A stretch of 45,088 nucleotides of DNA, taken from assembly GCA_026389415.1 (NCBI GenBank), contig JAPLHX010000215.1, positions 1 to 45,088 on the forward strand, read 5' to 3'. Position 1 is the stretch's first letter. Every line of letters starts with the position of its first letter. Shown one piece after another: positions 8,691-17,401 of the stretch. Under the pieces are notes generated by a model. That model saw nothing but the letters and a program-made list of their open reading frames with translations, was not told the origin of the DNA and did no database searches. Source of the DNA: Coprothermobacterota bacterium. Its GTDB lineage: Bacteria; Caldisericota; JANLFM01. The translations under genes were made by a program, and so were the position numbers.

Positions 8691-10147
8691 AGGATTTGTT
8701 TTTAGACACTGAAACCCGTTCCGGCTTGGAATGGGAGGAGTTTCTCGGGCTGGTTGAAGTTCAAAGCAGCCTCGGGTTCGATTTTAAGCGCCACTTGGCT
8801 CCTTTCAGTGCAGATCAACGCGATGCTATGAAACGCGAGTGGAAACGAACCGTTCGTTTCAGCGAATGGCTGAAAAAGCAAAAGGCCTGGACGATGGAAC
8901 TCACCACCGTTTTGCGGGAAGTACGCGACGTGCACAGATCACTGGAAAGAGCGCGAGAGGGAATGATTCTGACAATTGCAGAATTGTATGAAATCAAGCG
9001 CTTCCTTTTCGCCTGTTTGCAAGTTCGTGATTTGCTCAAGCCGATTGCATTGCGATTTCTGTCTAGATACCGGCCTCATGATTCAACCCTCCTCCATCGC
9101 TTTTTCTGCAAAGGGAACCAGAGTCCTCAAACATTCGCCATCGTCGACGCCTACTCTCCTGGCCTGGCTGAAATTCGCCGAAAAAAGAAAAAGCTCTTGA
9201 CGCAATCGGAGATGAACCAACCGGCTTGGAAGGAAAAACGCCTTCAATTGGAACAACAAGAAGATGACGAAGAGAAACGTATTCGTCAAACCCTCAGCCA
9301 ATCCGTAGCCGCCGAAAGCGACCTTCTGCTGACCGATACCCGAAGGCTTGCAAATCTAGATTTTCTGACGGGTAAGAGTCTATTGAGCCTTCAATACCGC
9401 GGTGTAAGTCCCGAGTTGCTGTCATTGCGCAGCCGGAAAGCCATAACCATCGAAGACGGTGTGCATTGGCCGATGGCACTGCGCTGGAAGGAGCGTGGAG
9501 TGCGCTTCCAACCAATTACATTGGACGCCGGAAAAGGAGCGCTACTGATTACGGGAGCAAACATGTCCGGCAAGACTGTCTTGTTGAAAACAATCGGTTT
9601 ACTGGTTGCGATGGCTCAATACGGTTTTTTGATTCCTGCGCGTTGCATGTCATTTCTCCCCCGCCAATTTCTATTCTTTTCCACCCGGGGTCGCGAGCCA
9701 GATGGACTGAGTGCATACGGGATCGAGATTGCCGGAGTGAAACGCGTTCTAAAACAGGATGTATCCGATGGCCTGCTGTTGTTTGATGAACTTGCTCGGG
9801 GAACCAACCCTCAAGAGGGGTTCGCCATCAACGCGGCTTTGCTAACCTATCTGCAACAAAAGCAGGCACCAGCGATTCTAACGTCGCATTTCGAGGGTTT
9901 AGCGAACCTCTGTAACGTGGATCACTGGCAGATGAGTGGTTTGGGAGCCATCACGTTGGATCAGGTGAAAGCTCTCACCAAAGGGATTGGAGAAGAACTG
10001 ATCATCAAACTGATGAGCTATCGGTTGGAGCGAGTCGAGCGGGACCGGCCGATTCCTCGCGATGCTTTAAAGATTGCTGTAATGCTTGGATTGAACCCTG
10101 ACGTGATAGAATTGGCTGAAAAATACCTCGAGCAAACTCCCCAATGA
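8687..10147 (+). CDS. MutS-domain-V-like ABC ATPase; no mismatch-binding or Smr domain recognisable
   Basis: 486 aa. Walker A ITGANMSGKTVLLKTIGL, Walker B LLLFDELARGTNPQEG, and TSHF downstream, matching the MutS ATPase core. The N-terminal ~270 aa is helical and charged with no MutS domain I motif. ATGA overlaps on both sides. Confidence 0.75.
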   Translation: MKDLFLDTETRSGLEWEEFLGLVEVQSSLGFDFKRHLAPFSADQRDAMKREWKRTVRFSEWLKKQKAWTMELTTVLREVRDVHRSLERAREGMILTIAELYEIKRFLFACLQVRDLLKPIALRFLSRYRPHDSTLLHRFFCKGNQSPQTFAIVDAYSPGLAEIRRKKKKLLTQSEMNQPAWKEKRLQLEQQEDDEEKRIRQTLSQSVAAESDLLLTDTRRLANLDFLTGKSLLSLQYRGVSPELLSLRSRKAITIEDGVHWPMALRWKERGVRFQPITLDAGKGALLITGANMSGKTVLLKTIGLLVAMAQYGFLIPARCMSFLPRQFLFFSTRGREPDGLSAYGIEIAGVKRVLKQDVSDGLLLFDELARGTNPQEGFAINAALLTYLQQKQAPAILTSHFEGLANLCNVDHWQMSGLGAITLDQVKALTKGIGEELIIKLMSYRLERVERDRPIPRDALKIAVMLGLNPDVIELAEKYLEQTPQ

Positions 10148-11706
10148 AGCTAGCAATTTCCTCCGAGCAAGTTCAACATTGCCGGGCTATGGCCCTAGCA
10201 ATTGCTCACGAAGTGCAGATGGAGATTTCTCGAATGAGCACAATATCGGTGGAGCGATCCCTTCTGCGGTTGTTGGGCATGGAAGGTGCTACAGCAGGCA
10301 TACCTTGGGTGAACGTATTCCTAGAACAAATTCAAGAGCACAATGTTTTAGAAGACGGCGCTCTGTACTGGCTCGGAAATACGTTGTGTGCAACAGATCT
10401 CTCCATTTCCCAGATCGGTCAGGAAGTAGGGGAGGGTAGGCTGGATGTCGTCAAAACGGTGAGACACCCCTTGAAGGACATTCAAGCAAGCATTGCAGCC
10501 GTCACGATGGAGAGTTTAAGACGGATTTTTCTTTTGCGTGCGCAACGAAGACAATTTAGAAATGGTTTACCAATCCATGTTTCGCCTCTTCTTTATGTCA
10601 TCGTAGCTAGTGGGAATATCCACGACGATATTGCCCAAGCCAAAGCAGCTGCCGAGCAAGGTGCGGATGTAATCGCTGTGATTCGCTCTACTGCCCAGAG
10701 TCTGCTGGATTTTGTGCCAGAAGGAGTGACGACGGAAGGTTTTGGAGGTACCTATGCCACACAGGCAAATTATCGCCTGATGCGGGCAGCATTGGACGAA
10801 GTCTCGCGCAAAACAGGCCGATACATCCACCAGGTAAATTACTGTTCCGGGCTTTGCATGGCAGAAATTGCGGCCTTGGCGATATTGGAAGGCTTAGACC
10901 TGATGGTCAACGACGCGCTTTATGGCATCCTGTTCCGAGATTTGAACATGGTGCGAACCATGATAGACCAGCATTTTTCCCGTTACCTGCTCGGTCTGTT
11001 TGACTTGATCATCGTCACGGGGGAAGACAATTTGATTAAAACCGTAGATGCCTTCCAAGAATACTACATCGTACTGACTTCACAGTTCATCAATGAACAG
11101 CTGGCCAAACAAGCTGGTATGGAGGAGAAACAAATCGGTTTAGGACACGCCGCAGAATTGGATCCTTCCTTGCCGGATAGTTTTTTATGGGAATTGGTAC
11201 AGGCACAATTGGTTCGACAAATCTTCCCCCATTCTCCAGTGAAATTCATGCCTCCCACGCGTTACATATCCGGCAATATATTTTTCGCGCATGTGCTGGA
11301 TACCCTCTTTAACCTAGTGGCCATTTGGACTGGACAAGAAATCATATTATTGGGGATGCCGACAGAAGGAATTCATACACCGTACGTACAGGACCGCTAT
11401 CTCAGCCTGGAAAGCGCTATGCACTTGCGCTCCGCAGCCTGCTCCTTACGGAAAGAACTAAATTTCCGACAGAATGGGAAATCGAAAGCGCGTGCACAGG
11501 GGATTTTGGATCAAACGGAAAGCACATTGTCCGAAATCGAGCAAATTGGTCTATGGACGGCACTGAACCGGGGAATGTTCTCCCAAATCAAACGTAGCCG
11601 AAAAGGAGGGCGCGGCTATGAAGGTGTATTTCCGATCAGCCAGTTCTATTTGAATCCTTTTCTGGACCAGGAACTGGTAAAGCGGGCACGGAAAATTGCG
11701 CGATGA
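10144..11706 (+). CDS. kamD: Lysine 5,6-aminomutase alpha subunit (D-lysine / L-beta-lysine)
   Basis: 520 aa, the size of KamD, placed immediately upstream of the B12-binding subunit. TIM-barrel-like sequence with GADVIAVIRSTAQS. The call is by overall resemblance plus operon context. Confidence 0.85.
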   Translation: MKLAISSEQVQHCRAMALAIAHEVQMEISRMSTISVERSLLRLLGMEGATAGIPWVNVFLEQIQEHNVLEDGALYWLGNTLCATDLSISQIGQEVGEGRLDVVKTVRHPLKDIQASIAAVTMESLRRIFLLRAQRRQFRNGLPIHVSPLLYVIVASGNIHDDIAQAKAAAEQGADVIAVIRSTAQSLLDFVPEGVTTEGFGGTYATQANYRLMRAALDEVSRKTGRYIHQVNYCSGLCMAEIAALAILEGLDLMVNDALYGILFRDLNMVRTMIDQHFSRYLLGLFDLIIVTGEDNLIKTVDAFQEYYIVLTSQFINEQLAKQAGMEEKQIGLGHAAELDPSLPDSFLWELVQAQLVRQIFPHSPVKFMPPTRYISGNIFFAHVLDTLFNLVAIWTGQEIILLGMPTEGIHTPYVQDRYLSLESAMHLRSAACSLRKELNFRQNGKSKARAQGILDQTESTLSEIEQIGLWTALNRGMFSQIKRSRKGGRGYEGVFPISQFYLNPFLDQELVKRARKIAR

Positions 11707-12446
11707 CGTCGATCGAGGAAGTGCGACCGTATGGAGATCGTTTGAATGACGGAGCAATCCAGATCTCCTTTAGCTTGCCAATTCCCCTTTCGGCCCAATC
11801 TAAAGAAGCTGCAAAACAGGTCGCCGGCAAGCTCGGACTGGAGCATTTGCGGCTGATTTATGCGCAAGATCTCGGCAATTCGTTTTCCTTTTACATCATC
11901 TATGGGAGAACCAGCGGTTCCATAAATCTCTCATCTATCCATATTCCTACCGTAGATATCCCCCAGATGGATTTTTGGCAGATCAATGATCTACTAGCGC
12001 ATGAATTAAAAAAAACAGTCACTGTAGTAGGAGCGACAATGGGTGCGGACGCGCACACAGTCGGACTGGATGCCATTCTGAGTGCAAAGGGTTTCGGCGG
12101 AGAATCCGGGTTGGAACGCTATCCCCAGTTCAAGATTTACAACCTGGGAGCTCAAGTACCCGCCGAGGAAGTATTGCGCGAGATCATTGAGCAAAAAGCA
12201 GATGTTGCATTGATTTCGCAAGTTGTCACGCAGAGACAATCCCATCTGCAAAACTTGTCGTATTTGGAGGATCTCTTGGAAGGGGAAGAATTGCGCCAGG
12301 ATCTCATCCTGATCTGTGGTGGTCCGTACATCGATACGGAGGTTGCCCTAGAAGTTGGATTCGATGCAGGGTTCGGCCCTGGCACGACACCTTCCCAGGT
12401 AGCCAGCTTTGTTGTAAACGAGTTACTAAGGCGGAGACGAGCTTGA
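11703..12446 (+). CDS. kamE: Lysine 5,6-aminomutase beta subunit (B12- and PLP-binding)
   Basis: 247 aa. Cobalamin base-off/His-on motif GADAHTVGLD (DxHxxG) and a Rossmann-like B12 domain ending in CGGP. ATGA overlap with kamD. Confidence 0.88.
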   Translation: MTSIEEVRPYGDRLNDGAIQISFSLPIPLSAQSKEAAKQVAGKLGLEHLRLIYAQDLGNSFSFYIIYGRTSGSINLSSIHIPTVDIPQMDFWQINDLLAHELKKTVTVVGATMGADAHTVGLDAILSAKGFGGESGLERYPQFKIYNLGAQVPAEEVLREIIEQKADVALISQVVTQRQSHLQNLSYLEDLLEGEELRQDLILICGGPYIDTEVALEVGFDAGFGPGTTPSQVASFVVNELLRRRRA

Positions 12447-14056
12447 GCAAATTCATCTTCATCACTGGAGGTGTGGTCTCAGGACTGGGCAAGGGGATTC
12501 TTACTGCGTCCATCGGTGCCTTGGTCAAAGCCCGTGGTTTATCTGCCACAATGCTGAAATTCGATCCCTATCTGAACGTGGATGCAGGGACCATGAGCCC
12601 TTATCAGCACGGGGAAGTATTCGTCTTAAACGATGGAGCGGAAACGGATTTGGATCTCGGTCATTATGAACGGTTCATCGATGAAGATCTGACTCGTCTC
12701 TCCAACGTCACTTCTGGAAAGATCTATTCAAGCGTGATCACCCGTGAACGGCGTGGGGATTACCTGGGGGCCACTGTGCAAATGATTCCGCATGTTACCG
12801 ACGAGATAAAACAGACGATCCGTCTATTGGCTCACGAATCGACCGCAGAGGTGCTTGTGATAGAGATTGGCGGCACAGTCGGCGATATTGAAGGATTGCC
12901 TTTCCTGGAAGCCATTCGACAATTCCGCAGGGATTCTCAGCCACAAGAGGTTCTCTACATACACACGACTTTGGTACCATTTCTCGATCCCAGTGGTGAA
13001 CAGAAAACAAAACCTACACAGCATAGTGTGCGGGAGCTTCGCAGCATCGGAATACAACCTGATGTGATTGTGTGTCGCTCTAATCTGCCGATTTCCGGAA
13101 AAATGAGAAACAAGGTTGCCCTCTTTTGCGATGTGCAGCCAAATGAGGTAATCTCTCTTCCCGACTTGGAATCCATTTATCGCGTTCCTATCTTCCTGGA
13201 ACGAGAAGGCCTGGCGCCGATTCTGGATCGGTTCATCGGCAAGCATCGCAAAACAGACTTATCAAAATGGGAACGTTTAGACCGGATCCTCGAAAGTGTA
13301 CGTCCCACCGTGCAAATCGGACTGGTCGGTAAGTATGTTGGGATGCGCGATACCTATATTTCGGTCACAGAAGCCATAAAGCACGCAGGTTTTGAGGTTG
13401 GGGTGGAACCTCAAGTGAAATGGATCGACGCGGAGAAACTCGAAAAAGCGGGCACGGAAAAAACACTGAACACATTGGACGGAATCATCGTTCCGGGTGG
13501 TTTTGATAACCGAGGCGTTGAGGGCAAGATCCTAGCGATCCGTTATGCACGGGAACAGCAGATGCCATTCCTTGGTCTTTGTTTGGGGATGCAATGTGCC
13601 GTGATTGAATTTGCCCGCAACGTCTGTGGATTGCAGCGTGCAAATAGTACGGAGTTCGATGCCAAGACGCCCGACCCTGTCATTTACCTATTGCCCAACC
13701 AACGTGGACGAAAAGAGAAAGGTGGAACCATGCGACTTGGAGCTTTTCCATGTCGACTGAAGATTGGCAGTAAAGCCCACCAAGCGTATGGTTTGGATGT
13801 TGTACAAGAACGACACCGGCATCGTTTTGAGTTAAACAATCGTTATCGAATGATGTTTGAGGAAGCAGGGTTGATCGTATCTGGGAATTATGAGGAGAAA
13901 AATCTGGCAGAAGTAATGGAAATCACGGATCACCCATGGTTTGTTGGGAGTCAGTTTCACCCGGAACTGACTTCGCGACCAGGCAAAGCGAATCCACTCT
14001 TCCGCCAGTTCGTAGATGCATGCTCCAGGAGGGCGGAAGCGAAATGGAAAAGCTGA
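12443..14056 (+). CDS. pyrG: CTP synthase
   Basis: 537 aa. N-terminus SKFIFITGGVVSGLGKG and glutamine amidotransferase motif PFLGLCLGMQ. The TTG start forms a TTGA overlap with the kamE stop. Confidence 0.96.
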   Translation: MSKFIFITGGVVSGLGKGILTASIGALVKARGLSATMLKFDPYLNVDAGTMSPYQHGEVFVLNDGAETDLDLGHYERFIDEDLTRLSNVTSGKIYSSVITRERRGDYLGATVQMIPHVTDEIKQTIRLLAHESTAEVLVIEIGGTVGDIEGLPFLEAIRQFRRDSQPQEVLYIHTTLVPFLDPSGEQKTKPTQHSVRELRSIGIQPDVIVCRSNLPISGKMRNKVALFCDVQPNEVISLPDLESIYRVPIFLEREGLAPILDRFIGKHRKTDLSKWERLDRILESVRPTVQIGLVGKYVGMRDTYISVTEAIKHAGFEVGVEPQVKWIDAEKLEKAGTEKTLNTLDGIIVPGGFDNRGVEGKILAIRYAREQQMPFLGLCLGMQCAVIEFARNVCGLQRANSTEFDAKTPDPVIYLLPNQRGRKEKGGTMRLGAFPCRLKIGSKAHQAYGLDVVQERHRHRFELNNRYRMMFEEAGLIVSGNYEEKNLAEVMEITDHPWFVGSQFHPELTSRPGKANPLFRQFVDACSRRAEAKWKS

Positions 14057-14862
14057 TAATTACAGTTGCAATTTGTGGGGCGGAAGCCAGAAAGCTGGAT
14101 AACCCCGCATTACCGGTAACGCCGGAGGAAATTGCACAAGAAGCTTATAAATCCTATTTAGCTGGGGCGTCTGTCGTCCATCTCCATGTGCGAGATCAAC
14201 ATGGGAACCCCAGTCAAGATGTTGGGAACTTCCGGTATGCAATGGAATTGATTCGACAAAAATGCGACATGATCATCCAAATCTCTACAGGAGGTGCCAT
14301 TGGAGCCTCTCCCGAGGAACGGGTAGCGCCATTGGAACTTATGCCCGAGATGGCTTCGCTGACATGTGGAACGGTGAATTTTGGTGAAGGAGTGTTTTGG
14401 AATCCGCCTAACCTGATCACTGGTTTCGCAAGAAGAATGAAAGAGCTGGGAGTCAGACCAGAAATCGAAGTCTTTGAAGCGGGCATGATCCAAAATGCCT
14501 TAAATCTTGTGAAGAAAGGATTATTGGATTCGCCACTTCATTTCGATTTTGTAATGGGCGTACCCGGTGGAATTACCGGTTATTTGCGCGATCTTATTTA
14601 CTTGAGCGAGACAGTTCCACCGGGATCGACTTGGACTGTAGCAGGTATCGGCCGTTTTGAACTTCCTTTAGCTGTTGCTGCGATCATTTTGGGCGGTCAC
14701 GTTCGAGTTGGTTTTGAGGACAACATCTACTATCGAAAAGATGTTTTGGCTGAAAGTAACGCCCAGTTAGTGGAAAGGGTTAAGCGGATTGCGCTCGAAC
14801 TGGGGAGAGAGATCGCTACTCCTGCAGAAGCGCGCCGGATCCTTCATATATCCCGTGATTGA
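14044..14862 (+). CDS. kce: 3-keto-5-aminohexanoate cleavage enzyme (BKACE/DUF849 family)
   Basis: The internal ATG 14044 overlaps the pyrG stop by 13 nt. MEKLIITVAICGAE...VHLHVRD...IQISTGG...GGHVRVGFEDN is typical of BKACE. About 272 aa. Confidence 0.85.
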   Translation: MEKLIITVAICGAEARKLDNPALPVTPEEIAQEAYKSYLAGASVVHLHVRDQHGNPSQDVGNFRYAMELIRQKCDMIIQISTGGAIGASPEERVAPLELMPEMASLTCGTVNFGEGVFWNPPNLITGFARRMKELGVRPEIEVFEAGMIQNALNLVKKGLLDSPLHFDFVMGVPGGITGYLRDLIYLSETVPPGSTWTVAGIGRFELPLAVAAIILGGHVRVGFEDNIYYRKDVLAESNAQLVERVKRIALELGREIATPAEARRILHISRD

Positions 14863-15478
14863 AGAAGAGAAGATTGGTTCATTTCTTGAATCGCTGTGCT
14901 CTAGTAGCCCAACGCCTGGCGGCGGTGCTGTCAGTGGGCTTTGTGCCGCTTCGGCTGCTGCACTTGGGGCAATGGTCGCGGCGCTTTCTCAAGGAGAGAA
15001 ATACGCCGCAATCCGCCAACAAATGGCCGAATGGCAAGAGAAGTTTGCGAGCAAAAGCCTAGAGTTTCTCGAGCTGGGAGAGCAAGATGTGAAAGCTTTC
15101 CAGAAAGTGATGGCTGCTTATCGAATGCCGAGAGAGAATCCCTTGGATCGTCAAACGGCAATCCAAGCCGCATTAAAGCAAGCATCGCTCGTACCGTTAC
15201 AACTTGCGCGCGGGATGATTGAACTGTCACCCGGAATCCAGTTTCTGGCAATAAACGGAAATCGGAATGTCCTAAGCGATGTTGGAGTCGCATCCTCTGC
15301 AGCAGAGGCTGCTTTAGCCTCTGCCCAGATCAATGTCCTTGTGAATTTGATGGCCATTAAAGATAGGCAATTTGCTGCGGAAATGCATCAAATCCTTGAG
15401 CAGGAAGTCATCCCAGCCAGAGGCGAATTCCACCAGCAAACCGAATCCATTATCAAAGCTCTTGAAGGAGGAATCTAA
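14855..15478 (+). CDS. Cyclodeaminase/cyclohydrolase family protein (FTCD C-terminal-domain-like)
   Basis: FLESLCSSSPTPGGGAVSGLCAASAAALGAMVAALS is the hallmark N-terminal motif of the formiminotransferase-cyclodeaminase C-domain / methenyl-THF cyclohydrolase family. All-helical, ~207 aa. The likely GTG start at 14855 overlaps the kce stop (the track start 14789 lies inside kce). Confidence 0.7.
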   Translation: MIEEEKIGSFLESLCSSSPTPGGGAVSGLCAASAAALGAMVAALSQGEKYAAIRQQMAEWQEKFASKSLEFLELGEQDVKAFQKVMAAYRMPRENPLDRQTAIQAALKQASLVPLQLARGMIELSPGIQFLAINGNRNVLSDVGVASSAAEAALASAQINVLVNLMAIKDRQFAAEMHQILEQEVIPARGEFHQQTESIIKALEGGI

Positions 15479-15480
15479 CT

Positions 15481-16662
15481 GTGAAAGACATCGTAATCTG
15501 TGCCGCCAAACGCACCCCCATTGGTTCGTTTCAAGGAACACTAAAGGAGATTTCAGCGCCTCATTTGGGAGCCGGAATCTGTCGATCCATACTGGAAGAA
15601 TGCCAGCTAGATCCAGAGGCAGTGCAAGAGCTTATCGCCGGCTGTGTTTTGCAGGCAGGACAAGGCATGAATCCTGCAAGGCAAATTGCGTTATTATCTG
15701 GATTGCCAGCCATTTCCACTGCCATGACCGTTAATCGGGTTTGCGGTTCCGGTTTACAGGCAATAGTTTCGGCGGCGCAAGCGATCACTCTTGGTGAAAT
15801 GGATTGCATCCTAGCGGGTGGAATTGAGAGCATGAGCCGAGTCCCCTATCTATTAGCCAAAGCCCGTCCGGGTTATCGTTTTGGCCACGACACTCTTTTT
15901 GACGGATTGATATTGGATGGACTATGGGATGCATTCCATGACGTTCATATGGGGCTCACGGCAGAAACACTTGCGGACCGATTCAGCATCAGCCGGCAGG
16001 AGCAAGACCGGTTCGCACTTGAGAGCCAAAATAAGGCGGTTCTGGCAATAAAGGAAGGGCGTTTCAACCGCGAAATTCATCCGGTACCAATCCCCCAAAC
16101 CAAGGGAGATCCGATTCTATTCGGCAACGATGAATATGTCCGAACCGAAACATCGATGGAAAGGTTGTCCAAACTGAAACCCGCTTTTCGCAAGGACGGA
16201 ACTGTAACCGCGGGCAATTCCTCCGGGATAAACGATGGTGCCGCCTTTCTCCTGATTACTTCTTCCAAATGGGCAGAAGCGCATCGTTTGAAACCAAGGG
16301 CAATCATACGGAGTTGGGCAGTGGCAGGAGTGGAACCGATGGAGATGGGGTTGGGACCTGTTCCAGCGGTGAAAAAAGCATTGGAACGGAGCGGAAATCT
16401 CCTTCAACAGATGGATGTGATCGAATTAAATGAAGCATTCGCCGCACAATCACTCGCAGTTCTCCGACAGCTGAATCCACCCCCGGAACGAGTGAATCCC
16501 AACGGAGGTGCAATCGCACTAGGTCATCCCATCGGCGCATCCGGCGCTCGGATACTGGTCACTTTGCTGCATGAACTAGAACGAAGTGCCGGCAAATTTG
16601 GACTGGCCACATTGTGCATCGGAGGAGGCCAGGGGATTGCCATGGTTATCGAAAGAGTATAA
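15481..16662 (+). CDS. Acetyl-CoA C-acetyltransferase (thiolase II)
   Basis: 393 aa. Active-site motifs VNRVCGSGLQA, NGGAIALGHPIGASGARI and CIGGGQGIA. GTG start. Confidence 0.93.
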   Translation: MKDIVICAAKRTPIGSFQGTLKEISAPHLGAGICRSILEECQLDPEAVQELIAGCVLQAGQGMNPARQIALLSGLPAISTAMTVNRVCGSGLQAIVSAAQAITLGEMDCILAGGIESMSRVPYLLAKARPGYRFGHDTLFDGLILDGLWDAFHDVHMGLTAETLADRFSISRQEQDRFALESQNKAVLAIKEGRFNREIHPVPIPQTKGDPILFGNDEYVRTETSMERLSKLKPAFRKDGTVTAGNSSGINDGAAFLLITSSKWAEAHRLKPRAIIRSWAVAGVEPMEMGLGPVPAVKKALERSGNLLQQMDVIELNEAFAAQSLAVLRQLNPPPERVNPNGGAIALGHPIGASGARILVTLLHELERSAGKFGLATLCIGGGQGIAMVIERV

Positions 16663-16732
16663 GCTAAGGTATCGCAAGAGAACGACCGCATGGAAGAACT
16701 CGTCCCGTGAATCCCAAAGCAGGAGGTGCGTG

Positions 16733-17401
16733 ATGCAACTCTTTTTGGACAGCGCGAAACCCAATGAAATCCGCGAGGCCGCAAACCTAGGGGTGATTAG
16801 TGGGGTCACAACCAATCCCTCTCTCGTTGCCAAAGAGAAGGTCGATTATAAGGAACGAATCATGGAGATCTGCCAAATCGTGAGCGGACCGGTCTCTGTC
16901 GAAGTGTTGTCCCAGGAAGCAGAAGGCATGGTTACCGAAGCCAAGGAATTTGCCACCTGGGCATCGAATGTGATCGTAAAAGTACCAATGATCGAGGAAG
17001 GCTTGAGAGCGCTCAAATCATTGCGACAGCTCAAAATTAGGACGAATGTTACTTTGGTATTTTCGCTAAACCAAGCGCTTCTGGCGGCGATTGCAGGAGC
17101 GGACTACGTCAGCCCATTTGTTGGTCGATTGGATGATGTTGGACATGATGGAATGCAGTTGGTAGCTGAAATTGTAAATGCCTATAAAACCTACAACATG
17201 AGTACACAAGTGATTGCAGCTTCCATTCGCCATCCGTTGCATGTCGTTCAGGCCGTACACGCGGGCGCGCACATCGCCACCATTCCCTTCGGCGTTTTGG
17301 AGGGAATGCTTCATCATCCTCTAACCGATTTAGGCGTCCAGCGGTTCCTCGATGACTGGCACCGGGCGATTGGCGAACAAGAAAGGAAAAACGATGTTTA
17401 A
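16733..17401 (+). CDS. tal: Transaldolase / fructose-6-phosphate aldolase family (short type)
   Basis: ATG 16733 follows [39 protein letters not shown] and IVKVPM (Schiff-base Lys). About 222 aa. Confidence 0.9.
   Translation: MQLFLDSAKPNEIREAANLGVISGVTTNPSLVAKEKVDYKERIMEICQIVSGPVSVEVLSQEAEGMVTEAKEFATWASNVIVKVPMIEEGLRALKSLRQLKIRTNVTLVFSLNQALLAAIAGADYVSPFVGRLDDVGHDGMQLVAEIVNAYKTYNMSTQVIAASIRHPLHVVQAVHAGAHIATIPFGVLEGMLHHPLTDLGVQRFLDDWHRAIGEQERKNDV

Noticed and set aside
16663-16732. 70-nt gap between thiolase and tal, examined for a terminator or riboswitch
   Set aside because: I could find no convincing stem-loop or U-tract by eye. Only the AGGAGG SD for tal is evident.
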